Shown here: piece by piece, positions 40,728-52,752 of the stretch | Layout of the letters: each line of letters opens with the position of its first letter | How positions within the stretch are numbered: position 1 is the stretch's first letter | Origin: Vicugna vicugna | Lineage: Eukaryota | Assembly: GCA_013265495.1 (NCBI GenBank) | Contig: MU057936.1 | Coordinates: 62,001-126,000, forward strand | Length of the DNA: 64,000 nucleotides | Direction: 5' to 3' | Notes under the pieces: generated by a model | Seen by the model: only the letters and a program-made list of their open reading frames with translations | Told to the model about the DNA's origin: nothing | Databases searched by the model: none | Translations under genes and position numbers: made by a program

Positions 40728-43240
40728 TTTTTTTCTTTTTTTCATTTTTAATTTTTTTTAACATTTTTTATTGATTTATAATCATTTTACAATGTTGTGT
40801 CAAATTCCAGTGTTCAGCACAATTTTTCAGTCATTCATGTACATATACACACTCATTGTCACATTTTTTTCTCTGTGATTTATCATAACATTTTGTGTAT
40901 ATTTCCCTGTGCTATACAGTGTAATCTTGTTTATCTATTCTACAATTTTGAAATCCCAGTCTATCCCTTCCCACCCTCTACCCCCCTGGTAACCACAAGT
41001 CTGTATTCTCTGTCCATGAGTCTATTTCTGTCCTGTATTTATGCTTTGTTTTTGTTTGTTTGTTTGTTTTTGTTTTTTAGATTCCACATATGAGCGATCT
41101 CATATGGTATTTTTCTTTCTCTTTCTGGCTTACTTCACTTAGAATGACATTCTCTAGGAGCATCCATGTTGCTGCAAATGGCATTATGTTGTCGGTTTTT
41201 ATGGCTGAGTAGTATTCCATTGTATAAATATACCACATCTTCTTTATCCAGTCACCTGTTGATGGACATTTAGGCTGTTTCCATGTTTTGGCTATTGTAA
41301 ATAGTGCTGCTATGAACATTGGGGTGCAGGTGTCATCCTGAAGTAGATTTCCTTCTGGGTACAAGCCCAGGAGTGGGATTCCTGGGTCATATGGTAAGTC
41401 TATTCCTAGTCTTTTGAGGAATCTCCACACTGTTTTCCATAGTGGCTGCACCAAACTGCATTCCCACCAGCAGTGTAGGAGGGTTCCCCTTTCTCCACAG
41501 CCTCTCCAGCATTTGTCATTTTTGGATTTTTGAATGACGGCCATTCTGACTGGTGTGAGGTGATACCTCATTGTAGTTTTGATTTGCATTTCTCTGATAA
41601 TTAGTGATATTGAACATTTTTTCATGTGCTTTTTGATCATTTGTATGTCTTCCTTGGAGAATTGCTTGTTTAGGTCTTCTGCCCATTTTTGGATTGGGTT
41701 GTTTATTTTTTTCTTATTGAGTCGTATGAGCTGCTTATATATTTTGGAGATCAAGCCTTTGTCGGTTTCACTTGCAAAAATTTTCTCCCATTCCGTAGGT
41801 TTTCTTCTTGTTTTATTTCTGGTTTCCTTTGCTCTGCAGAAGCTTGTAAGTTTCATTAGGTCCCATTTGTTTATTCTTGCTTTTATTTCTTCTAGGAGAA
41901 AATTTTTGAAATGTATGTCAGATAATGTTTTGCCTATGTTTTCCTCTAGGAGGTTTATTGTATCTTGTCTTATGTTTAAGTCTTTAATCCATTTTGAGTT
42001 GATTTTTGTATATGGTGTAAGGGTGTGTTCTAGCTTCATTGTTTTACATGCTGCTGTCCAGTTTTCCCAACACCATTTGCTGAAGAGACTGTCTTTATTC
42101 CATTGTATATTCTTGCCTCCTTTGTCGAAGATGAGTTGACCAAAAGTTTGTGGGTTCATTTCTGGGCTCTCTATTCTGTTCCATTGGTCTATATGTCTGT
42201 TTTGGTACCAATACCATGCTGTCTTGATGACTGTAGCTCTATAGTATTGTCTGAAGTCTGGGAGAGTTATTCCTCCAGCCTCTTTCTTTCTCTTCAGTAA
42301 TGCTTTAGCAATTCTAGGTCTTTGATGGTTCCATATAAATTTTATTATGATTTGTTCTAGTTCTGTGAAATATGTCCTGGGTAATTGGATAGGGATTGCA
42401 TTAAATCTGTAGATTGCCTTGGGCAGTGTGACCATTTTAACAATATTGATTCTTCCAATCCAAGAGCATGGGATATCTTTCCATTTTTTAAAGTCTTCTT
42501 TAATTTCCTTCATCAATGGTTTATAGTTTTCTGTGTATAATTCTTTCACCTCCTTGGTTAGATTTATTCCCAGATATTTTATTACTTTGGGTGCTATTTT
42601 AAAGGGGATTGTTTCTTTACTTTCTTTTTCTGTTGATTTATCATTAGTGTAAAGAAATGCAACTGATTTTTGAACGTTAATTTTGTAACCTGCTACCTTG
42701 CTGAATTCTTCAATCAGCTCTAGTAGCTTTTGTGTGGACCTTTTAGGGTTTTCTATATATAGTAACATGTCATCAGCATATAATGACACTTTTACCTCTT
42801 CTTTTCCAATTTGGATCCCTTTTATTTCTTTCTCTTGCCTGATTGCTGTGGCTAGGACTTCCAGGACTATGTTGACTAGGAGTGGTGATAGTGGGCATCC
42901 TTGTCTTGTCCCAGATTTTAGTGGGACGCTTTTGAGTTTTTCACCGTCGAGAACTATGCTGGCTGTAGGTTTGTCATATATAGCTTTTATTATGTTGAGA
43001 TATGTTCCCTCTATACCCACTTTGGTGAGAGTTTTTATCATAAATGGGTGTTGAATTTTATCAAATGCTTTTTCTGCATCGATTGAGATGATCATGTGGT
43101 TTTGTCCTTTCTCTTGTTGATGTGATGTATTACATTGATTGATTTGCATATGTTGAACCAGCCTTGTGTCCCTCGGATGAACCCCACTTGGTCATGATGT
43201 ATAATCTTTTTTATGTGTTGTTGGATTCTATTTGCTAAAA
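40728..43240 (-). mobile_element. Young 5'-truncated LINE-1 (2.5 kb) with target-site duplication
   Basis: Perfect 14-bp TSD TATATGGTATTTCT (40714-40727 and 43241-43254), poly(T) tail, 3'UTR and a long open ORF2. Confidence 0.96.
41077..43240 (-). pseudogene. L1 ORF2 reverse transcriptase plus C-terminal CCHC domain (5'-truncated)
   Basis: Motifs [31 protein letters not shown] and [18 protein letters not shown]. Open from ~43100 to the stop at 41077, with one frameshift near 43100. No endonuclease domain or promoter. Confidence 0.95.
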
Positions 43241-43652
43241 TATATGGTATTTCTCTAGCTAAAATTGTAGTTTTTTCTTTTCTATTCCTATGACTTAGTT
43301 GATTTTTAAAATTAAGGTATAATTTACATACAATGAAATTCACATTTTTTGACGCCTAGTTCAGAGAGTTTTGACAAAAGCATACAGTTGTGTTAACTAA
43401 CACCACAATCAAGATATCAAGAGTCTAGTCACTCCCAGAAATCCCCCATCTTGTGTTCCCTGGTAGTGAACCTCTCCCCTCACCTCCAGAAAACTTACCT
43501 GTTTTCTGTGTCTATAAGAGTTTGTCTTTTCCAGAATGTCTTATAAATGAAATCATACCATAGGTAGCCTTTTGACTGTGACTTCTTTCATTAGCATGAT
43601 GCAATAGAGATTCATCCATATTGTTACATGAGTCAGTAATTCATCCCTTTTT

Positions 43653-46600
43653 TAAAAAAACATTTTTATTGAGTTATAGTCATTTTACAGTGTGCCAAAT
43701 TCCAGTGTAGAGCACGGTTTTTCAGTTATACATGAACATACATATATTCATTGTCACATTTTTTTTTTTGCTGTGAGCTACCACAAGATCTTGTATATAT
43801 TTCCCTGTGCTATACAATATAATCTTGTTTATCTACTCTGCATTTTAAAATCCCAGCCTGTCCCTTCTCACCCCCGCCCCCTTGGCAACCACAAGTTTGT
43901 ATTCTATGTCTCTGAATCTGTTTCTGTTTTGTATGTATGTATGTATTTATTTTTTAGATTCCACATATGAGTGATCTCATATGGTATTTTTCTTTCTCTT
44001 TCTAGCTTGCTTCACTTAGAATGACATTCTCCAGGAACATCCATGTTGCTGCAAATGGCGTTATGTTGTCGCTTTTTGTGGCTGAATAGTATTCCATTGT
44101 GTAAATATACCACATCATCTTTATCCAGTCATCTGCTGATGGACATTTAGGCTGTTTCCATGTTTTGGCTATTGTAAATAGTGCTGCTATGAACATTGGG
44201 GTGCAGGTGTCATTTTGAACTAGGGTTCCTTCTGGATATAAGCCCAGGAGTGGGATTCCTGGGTCATATGGTAAGTCTATTCCTAGTCTTTTGAGGGATC
44301 TCCATACTGTTTTCCACAGTGGCTTCCTTGCTTCCCTCTCCACTCTTAATGATTTAGATGTCTTCTTTTACAATTTTGTGTTTATTCTTTTTGTAATTCA
44401 TAATAGTTATCACCTTTCCAGTTATGAGTTTCTCATTTTTGTAGCATCCTGCTTCTTTTCTATTTAGAGTAGACCTGTCAATATTTCTTTTAGCATGGGT
44501 TTAGTGTTGCTAAACTCTTTTAGTTTTTGCTTGTCTGTGAAGTTCTTTATCTCTCCTTCTATTCTAAAGGATAGCCTTGCTGGATAGAGTATCCTAGGCT
44601 GCATCTTTTTTCCATTCAGGACTTTGAATATATCTTGCCACTCCCTTCTGGCCTGTATAGTGTTTGTGTAGAGAAATCAGCTGAGAGCCTTATGGGGGTT
44701 CCCTTGTAACTCACTTTTTCATTTTCTCTTGCTGCCTTTGGGATCATTTCTTTATCCTTAACCCTGGTCATCTTGATGATGATATGTGTTGGTCTGGGTC
44801 TGTTTGGGTTCTTCCTGTTTGGGACCCTCTGAGCCTCCTGTACTTGGATATCTGATTCCTTCTTTAGGTTTGGGAAGTTTTCAGTCATGATTTCTTGAAA
44901 TACGTTTTCAATCCCCTTTGTCTTTCTTCCCCTTCTGGAACCCCTATTATGTGTAGATTGGCACGCTTTATATTATCCCATAGGTCCCTTATACTATTTT
45001 CATTATTTTTTATTTGTTTATCTTGTAGTTCTTCTGAATGGGTGCTTTCTATTGTCCTGTCTTCTAGATCACTTATTCATTCCTCTGCATTATGTAGCCT
45101 GCTTTGTACAGCCTTTAGGTCAGCTCTCATCTCAGCAAATGAGTTTACTAATTCTGCTTGGTTCTTCTTTATCGCTTCTGTTTCATTTTTGACATATTTT
45201 ATATCTCTAAACAGTGTCTCTTTTAGTTCCTTCAGTTCTTTGATCACTCCTTTTTTGAAATCTTGATCTAGTAGGCCATCAATGTCTTTCCTTGATCGTG
45301 CTTTCAGGGGATTTCTCTTGCTCTTTTAATTGGGAGTGGTTCCTCTGCTTCTTCATATTGCTCAAATCTCTCTGGCACTGTGGCTTAAGGAGTATCAGTT
45401 ATCTAGTTCTCCTGGAGACGGTGTGCTCTTAATGATTTTATTGAGAGGTCTTTGTGTTTTTGCCCTGTTTCACAAACTCAGCTTGCTGTTTCCAGAGGCC
45501 TTCCATTGGCCCCCTCATCTGTGCTGCTCCCAGTGGCTGCTGGCTAGCAGATCGTGCCCCCTCCCAACACTGGGTTAGGTGCTGAGCTCTTACTCGGTTG
45601 GTGGGCTGGTCACACCCCCTCCCGAGGCCAGATTCATATGCTGCGCTCCGGCGAGGCAGGTGAGCGGATCATGCACTGTGGTCAGGTGCTGTGTTCCTGC
45701 CAGGAAGGCAGGTGGCTGCCTGCCCTCACCAGGCGCCGGTTGCTCCGCTGCTCTGTGCAGCTGCCTGCTTCACCTTGGTGGTGCTCTGAAGGTGGGCTCG
45801 GGGAAGACTGCAGAACAGCCCCGCCCCTGCTCCGTGCCAAATCTCAGCTCCTTGTTTGTCTTGGCAGTGCAAGTTCTCTGAGGTGTCAGGGCAGAAAGAT
45901 CCTATCTGCCTTGGGCTGTAAACAAGTCTCAGTCCTGCCTAGGAGGTTTTGGAGCTCTGGGGTGCGGATTCAAGTCTTGGCCCAGCCCCCGCCCGGGCGC
46001 TGTGCACAAGAGATGGCGGCTGTGGCTGAGCCCTACCTCTCTTCTTGAAAGAAGCGCCAGTAATGGTGGCGCAGGTCTGAGGAGACAAAGGCTATGGCGC
46101 CCCTCCCATCAGGGCACACAAGCCGTGTTGCTTTGCTTTTTTCACAATTTATGGGGAACTGAGGTGGTTCTGCTCGGTATCCCCTCCCAGCCCTGGCTCA
46201 CAGTGCCCTGCAGTGCCCCGGGGCTGCGTCAGTGCCACTGCCCCAGTCTTCCGCCCGGCTCGGGCAACCTGTCCCTGCCCCCAGCTGCCAGCTCGCATCT
46301 CAGGCTGGGTGTTGTGGGGACCCTTTGTGCCTGTTCAGCTAAGTTCTGTTGGTCAAGGGGTGCTCGGGGCATATCTGAGCCTTGGAGGCTCCCCCTCCGT
46401 CCTGTTGGCCTCTCCGTTGGAGAGAGGGAGACTTAGCAAACGAGCACTATTCCTCCTTTGTTACTCCCTCCCCGCAGGACTGGTCCCACACTGTTTTGCT
46501 TTTTCTTCTTTCTTTTTCCCTTTTCTCCTACCAGATTTTTGGCGTCTTTGTCTTTCGAAGAGGGCAATGTTCTGTCGGAGTTCGGCAGGTGCTCTGGTTG

Positions 46601-46688
46601 GCTGAGTTGGTCCGTAGATGTGAGTTTTGGTGTATTTGTGGGAGAGGGTGAGCTACAAGCGTCCTTCTACTCCGCCATCTTGCTTCTC
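43653..46688 (-). mobile_element. Internally deleted L1 derivative (5'UTR-ORF1-last ~110 codons of ORF2-3'UTR), TSD-flanked
   Basis: 5' end AGAAGCAAGATGGCGGAGTAG at ~46688. ORF1 remnant ~45356-44464. Junction at ~44325 from the spacer directly into PLWKTVWR...LSEAS. TSD TCAGTAATTCAT(C/T)CCTTTTT at 43633-43652 and 46689-46708. Confidence 0.92.
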
Positions 46689-49214
46689 TCAGTAATTCAT
46701 TCCTTTTTAATGTTGAGTAGAATTCCATGGTATGGATATAACATTAGTTTGTTTTTCCATTCATCAGTTGAAGAATATTTGCTTTTTACAGCTTTTGTCA
46801 ATTACAAAAAAGCAAGTGTAAACACCCATATAAAGGCTTTAGAGTGAATACACATTTTCATTTCATGTGAATAAATACCTAGGACTAAAACTGCTGAGTC
46901 ATGTGGTAAATGTATGTTGACCTTTACAGGAAACCACCAAAACATAAACCACTGTGGCTTTCCCATATTTCACTCCTGTCAGCATTATATGAAAGTTCTA
47001 GGTGGTCTGCATCCTTAACGTCAGTGTCTCAATTTTAGATATCCTAATAGTTGTGTAGTGATAGCTTATTATGAATTTACTGTGAAATTCTCTACTGACT
47101 GATGACTTTGAGTATCTTTTTATATGCTTATTTGTCATCCACATATCTTTTTTTTTGCTAAAATGTATGTCAGAAGCTTTCACCTAATTTTTCTCCCTTT
47201 CTTTCTTATTATTGAGAATTCTTTATGTATTCTAGATACAAGTTCATTATCAAACACATGATTTGTAAATATTTTCTCCCAGTCTGTGCATCTTCTTTTT
47301 ATTCTCTAAATGGTGTTTTTAAGAACTTATTAATTTTAATCAAGTCCAGTTTGTCATTTTCTTCTTTTATGGATCATGTTTTGGTGCTGTGTCCAGGAAA
47401 TTTTTGTCCCACCCCAGATCTCAAAGATTGCTTCCTATGCTTTCATGAGAACTTTTATAGTTTTATTTTTACATGTAGTTCTATGATCCACACTGAGTTA
47501 ATTTTTAGCTCTTAAAAGAAATGAATTAAGTTTTGTCATTTTTATTTTTTTTGCAAATGTTGACTTGTTCCAACACCATTTGCTGAAAAGATTGTCTTTC
47601 CTTATTGAATGGCCTTTCCTTTTTCAAAGCATAACTGACCATAAAGATGTGGGCACATTTCTGTTCTATTCGTCTATATTTCTGTCCCATTCATCTATGT
47701 AAAATTTTTTTCAGTATCACACTGTTTTGATTACAGTTTTATAGTAAGGCTTGAAATCAGACAGTGTGAGTCTTCAAATACTGTTTTTTCAAATTTGTTT
47801 CTGATATCCTGGTTTTTTTTGCCATTGTATATTAGTTTAATAGTCATCTGTTCTATTTCTACAAAAAGGCCTGCTTGGATTTTTACTGGAATTGTGTTGA
47901 ATATATAGATCAGTTTGGGGGATAACTGACATAACAATATTGCATATTCTAATCCATAAGCACAATATATTTCTCTTTTTGTTTAGGTAGTCTTTTTTTA
48001 ATCAGTGTTTTGTAGTCATGTACAGATTTTCACACATTGTATAAGATTTATACTGAAGGATTTCATATAGCTTGTTTGGGTGCAATTTTAAATGGTATTT
48101 AAGGTTTTTTCCTTTTTCAACTGTACATTGCTAATATATAGAAATAAGATGGATTTTTGTGTATTGGCTTTGTATCTCAAGCTCTTATTAAAATCACTTA
48201 TTCCTTGCAGTAGTTTCTTTGTGCACACTTGAAGATTTTCTATGTAGACAATTATGTTATCTTCAAATAGAGATAGTTTTATTTATTCATTTCCAATTCG
48301 TATGCCTTTTATTTCCTTTTCTTGCCTTATTTTATGAGCTAGTACCTCTGGATCAGTGTTGATTAGGAGTGATGAGAGTAGACATCCTTGCCATCCTGCT
48401 GATCTTTGGGTGGAAATCATTCAATCTTCCACCAATAAGTACGATGCTAAGTGTAGGTCTTTCATAGAAGCTCTATATCAGGTTGAGAAAGTTTGCCACC
48501 CAACTCCTACTTTGCTAAGATTTCTTTTGAAAATCAGGAATGGCTGTTTGAATTTGCCAAACAATTTTTATGAATCTATTGAGATATTTATATGATTCTT
48601 CTTCTTTAGTCAGTTAATATGAATTATATCAATTGATTTTCTAATGTTGAACTAGCCTTACATTCCTGGGATTAACCTCAGTTGGCCATAATATACTCTT
48701 CTTTTGTACATTACTGGATTCAGTTTTCATCCACAATAAGAATATTTGTGCCTATATCCATGAAGGATAGTGATGTGTAGTGTTCTTGTAATTTTTTGCC
48801 TGATTTTGGTGTCAGGGTAATGCTGGCATCATGAGATGCTGGGAAATACTCCTTCTTCTTCAGTTTCCTAGAAGAGTTTTTATAATTTGCTTACTTCTTA
48901 ATTAAATGCTTAGCAGAATTCATCAGCAAAGCTTCTGGGCCTGGACTTTTTTTTGTGGGAAGATTTTAACTGAAAAATTTGATTTATTTAATAAATAAGG
49001 GCTATTCAGTTTATATATTTCTTCTTGAGTGATCATAGGTATATATATATATATATACACACACACTATATATTACTGTGAATTTTTTGGTAAAATTTTT
49101 AGTTAGGATATTTGTGTCTATGATCATACATCAGATTAGCCTGCAGTTTAATTTCAGCTGCATTGTTGAATTTATTGGCATAAAGTTATCCCTATTACAG
49201 TTTGTAACATCAAA

Positions 49215-50084
49215 TGTGTCAGATTTTTTTCCCACGCCATTCTGCTCTTCAACTTTTTAAACACCAACTGGATGTCCTAAAATGCAGTCACGAAACTACC
49301 TGGAGTTAGCACAGGTCCCACAGATTCAGGATTCATTCCTACAGGATTACCCCTCTACCCCCACCCTACCCCACCTGCACACACCTCAAGCACCAATTGC
49401 AAGTCTAGGCTCTTACCTGTGCTCTAACCAACAGGAATTGGAGGTCCTGTGATCTCCTTATGGTATACAGAACTCAGAAAAATAGTTTGTTTACTAGATT
49501 GCCAGCTTATTTTAAAAGGATCCAAATCAGGATCAACCAGATGGAAGAATATCATAGGGCAAGGAATAGCAGGAAGTGACATAGAGCTTCCATGCCTTCT
49601 CTAGTTACATCTCTTCCAGCACCTCCATGTGGTCTCCAACCAGGAAGCTGTCTAAACCTACTCCATTAAGTTTTGTACAGAGGCCTCATTGTGATTGATT
49701 AAATCATTGGTTCTTAGTGATGAACTCACCCTCTAGCCTCTCTCCCCTCTGGGAATCAGGAGGAAGGGCTGAATGTTCCATCCCTATAATTACATGATTG
49801 ATTCCCCTAGCAACCAGTATTCTATGCTTTGGGGCTTCCCCAAAGTCACCTCATTATCATAAACTAAGGGGTGCTTAGGGGAGTTTGTTATGAATAACAA
49901 ATGATTCCCCTTTCACCTTTATCACACCAAAACTATTTCAGAAACTGGGCAGAAAAAAAAGTATTACAAAAAAAGATGCTTCTGTGACTCTTACCATTTA
50001 GAAAATTACAGGGTTCAGGACCTCTACCCAGGAGCTGGGGGTGAAATTCAAAATACATATTTTTTGTTATATAACAATATCTCA
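49215..50084 (-). mobile_element. MER21-like LTR
   Basis: acaccaactggatgtccta...actacctggagttagcacagg; ends aaatacatatttttt...aatatctca; interrupts the old L1. Confidence 0.75.
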
Positions 50085-51969
50085 ATTACTTTGCTTCATT
50101 ATCCTATTAATGAGTATGATCTGTAGTGATGTCTTCTCTCCAATTCCTGTAACTGGTAATTTGTTTCTTCTCTCTTTTTTCCTGATTAGTCTATATAGAG
50201 ATGTATCTTTTTGTTTGTTTAATTTTCTCAAAAAGCCAGATTTCATTTCATTGATTGGATCTGTTGGTTCTATTATTTTTTGTTATGTTTTCTTTTCTAC
50301 TGTTTTTTGCTCATATCTAAAAAAATCCTTCCTTCTGCTTGATTGGGTTTACTTTGGTTTTTATCTACTTTTTAAGGTAGAAGGTTGTGAAAGAGATTTG
50401 AAACCACTCTACTTTATAATATAGAAATTTAATGCTATAAATTAACATGGAGAAGTGCTTTAGCTACATCCTACAAATACTAATATGCTATGGTTTTGTT
50501 TTCATTCAATTCCAAGTAATTTCTAATTTCCCTTTGATCTCTTCTCTGTCCCTTGGTGCTTTGGAAAGGTATCATTAGTTTCCAAATATTTGAGTCTTTT
50601 TCAGATTTTTCATGTTAATAAGTTCTAATCCAATTTCATTGTAATCAGAGAACATATCTCATGACATCAATAATTTTTTATTTATTGATACGTGCTGTGG
50701 CCTATAATATGGTCTATCAAGTCAATAACTATGTCCACTTGAAAAACAGTGATATTAAGAAATACATTGCTAAAAATTCGTTTACACTGACTCTGTGATT
50801 TTTCTTAACACTATTATGGTTTCATCTTTTTTGTCCGTTATCTCCAACTGATTATAACAAATAATACCTAATAGTTCCCTAAAGAGAGAACTCCGTGGTT
50901 TATAAAGTGTGTAAATGTTTACCTATTCAGACTAGTTATTTTCACTTATAGTCAAAAAATTGAATCATAGTGGTGAATAAAAGTTATTTACACAGACGGA
51001 CACACACTAAAAAGGGTGGCCATGAGCAGACCATAATTCTTGATAGATGGGAAAAGCAGAGGCTGTTAGATTGGTAAATTCAGAGAACTTGAATCATCTG
51101 CAGTAGAAAAGCTCATCACATTCAGAGAAGCACTAGGACAGGGTAAATGAAATTGTAGCACCATGGAGGGGTCTAGGTCAACTGTGACATGAAAGAGCTA
51201 CTCTGGGAACAGCACATCTGTTTTGCCCTGCCCTGAGCCTCCCCCACCCCTACTTACATTGGGCTTAAGCACCTGCATAATTTGATCACATTTAATCCCC
51301 ACAAACTACAGTCTAAGAGAGGAATGAGTTTAAAACAACTGCAGACTTGCCCAGACAGCAAACAACAGGACACAGCTACCTCGAAGGGAAAAACATTCCT
51401 CTTACAATGTCAGAAATATCATCTTTATTTTGGCAACAGAATAAAGCTACCTGCAAGCACCATGCCATGTACCCTCAAAGGAAAGACCCCCGAATAACTG
51501 ACACACTTTGCCCTCCCATTCTAAGAAGCCTATTAGTGAAACGGACGGCGCAGCTCTAGACCAGATCCATGCTAATTACCGAGACTAAACGAATGAGTCC
51601 TTTATTCCTAAATATAAATGAACAAAGGTTTGCCAGATGTTTGAGGAATGTAAATGAGAAGATCTTGATAAACAGAACTGTTTCTAGGGGGAAGCAAAAC
51701 CCAGGTATAATACAGAAAACAGAAGAGAACTTTACCAAAATTTCAAACTGATATTCTCAGAATTGTAACGGAAGAAAATAATTTGTAAAATAAGAAAAGG
51801 TTGCTACAGAAGGGAACAAGCACTTAGACGACAAGACATAGTTGTGGTAAATTAGAAATCTGCAAAATTAAAAACTGATTAGATGCCAGGCACTCAGCAG
51901 TCTCCTGGCTTCACCCAGGCTTTGATGGAATCTGGGACACTACACTCCTAACCCCACTCCCGACTGCTT

Positions 51970-52030
51970 CCTGTAACAGACCATCTAGCCCCGCCCCCTC
52001 TACTCTCATAACGGCCACCATTTCCGGTCC
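51970..52030 (+). promoter_or_regulatory. Candidate promoter of the ferritin-like gene
   Basis: GC box CCCCGCCCC (51989-51997), MYB-type YAACNG sites (51974-51979 and 52009-52014) and ETS core TTCCGG (52022-52027) just upstream of the CpG-rich gene body. Confidence 0.4.
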
Positions 52031-52200
52031 AACCAAGAGCTCACACCCAGCGACCTGCCTGCCTGCCTGAAGCTTGTCGCCTCAGGCCGCCCTCATCAGC
52101 CACCATGAGGAGGGTACAAGGCCGCCGCCGCCGCTGCCCGGTTCGCGGCCCCCGCTTCTGTGCCCCCTACGTCCTGGCCTTGACGCCCACGCCGCGAGCC

Positions 52201-52752
52201 ATGACGCCCGCGGGGCCCTCGCAGGTGCGCCAGAACTACCACGCCGACTGCCAGGCCGCCATCAACAGCCATGTCACCCTGGAGCTCCACGCCTCCTACC
52301 TGTGCCTGGCCATGGCCTTCTACTTCGACCGTGAAGATGTGGCCTTGAAGCACTTCGCCAGCTTCTTCCTGCGGCGCTCGCGGCAGCTGGGGGAGTGGGC
52401 CGAGAGCCTGATGCGCCTCCATAACCAGCGCGGGGGCCGCCTCTGCTTCCACGACATCAGGGAGCCAGACCGCGACGACTGGGACAACGGCCTCCAGGTC
52501 ATGCAGTGCGCCTTGCGCCTAGAGAAGCACGTCAACCAGAGCCTGCTCGACCTGCACCAGCTGGCCAGCGACAAGAGCGACGCCCACCTGTGCCACTACC
52601 TGCAGAGTCACTGCCTGAACCAGCAGGTCGAGTTCATCAAGGAGCTGGGGGACCACATCACCACCCTGCGCAAGATGGGGGCCCCGGAACTCGGCATGGC
52701 AGAGTACCTCTTCGACAAGCTCACCCTGGGCGACAGCGACAAGAAGAACTGA
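52201..52752 (+). CDS. FTHL17: Ferritin heavy chain-like protein (FTHL17-type), intronless, 183 aa; possible 215-aa form from the upstream ATG at 52105
   Basis: Colinear without gaps to H-ferritin (SQVRQNYH...ALKHFA...NQRGGR...[13 protein letters not shown]...IKELGDH...[14 protein letters not shown]). GCCATG start, intact ORF, AATAAA at 52888 and ~52908. Exact orthology within the X-linked FTHL17-like family is not established. Confidence 0.9.
   Translation: MTPAGPSQVRQNYHADCQAAINSHVTLELHASYLCLAMAFYFDREDVALKHFASFFLRRSRQLGEWAESLMRLHNQRGGRLCFHDIREPDRDDWDNGLQVMQCALRLEKHVNQSLLDLHQLASDKSDAHLCHYLQSHCLNQQVEFIKELGDHITTLRKMGAPELGMAEYLFDKLTLGDSDKKN

Larger units (their letters stand above)
43290..50750 (-). 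mobile_element. Ancient L1 (3' end at ~43290, ORF2 remnants to ~50750) interrupted by the 43653-46688 element and a MER21-like LTR
   Basis: The 3'UTR aattaaggtataatttacatacaatgaaattcac continues across the TSD into 46709 onward. Degenerate ORF2 peptides such as PKLIYIFNTIPVKI. Confidence 0.75.

Noticed and set aside
44315..44340. Spliced L1 RNA as the origin of the ORF2 deletion
   Set aside because: An AG exists at the ORF2 side (GTGCAG/CCACT in the 41400s copy), but the spacer of the related copy has no GT donor at the matching point.
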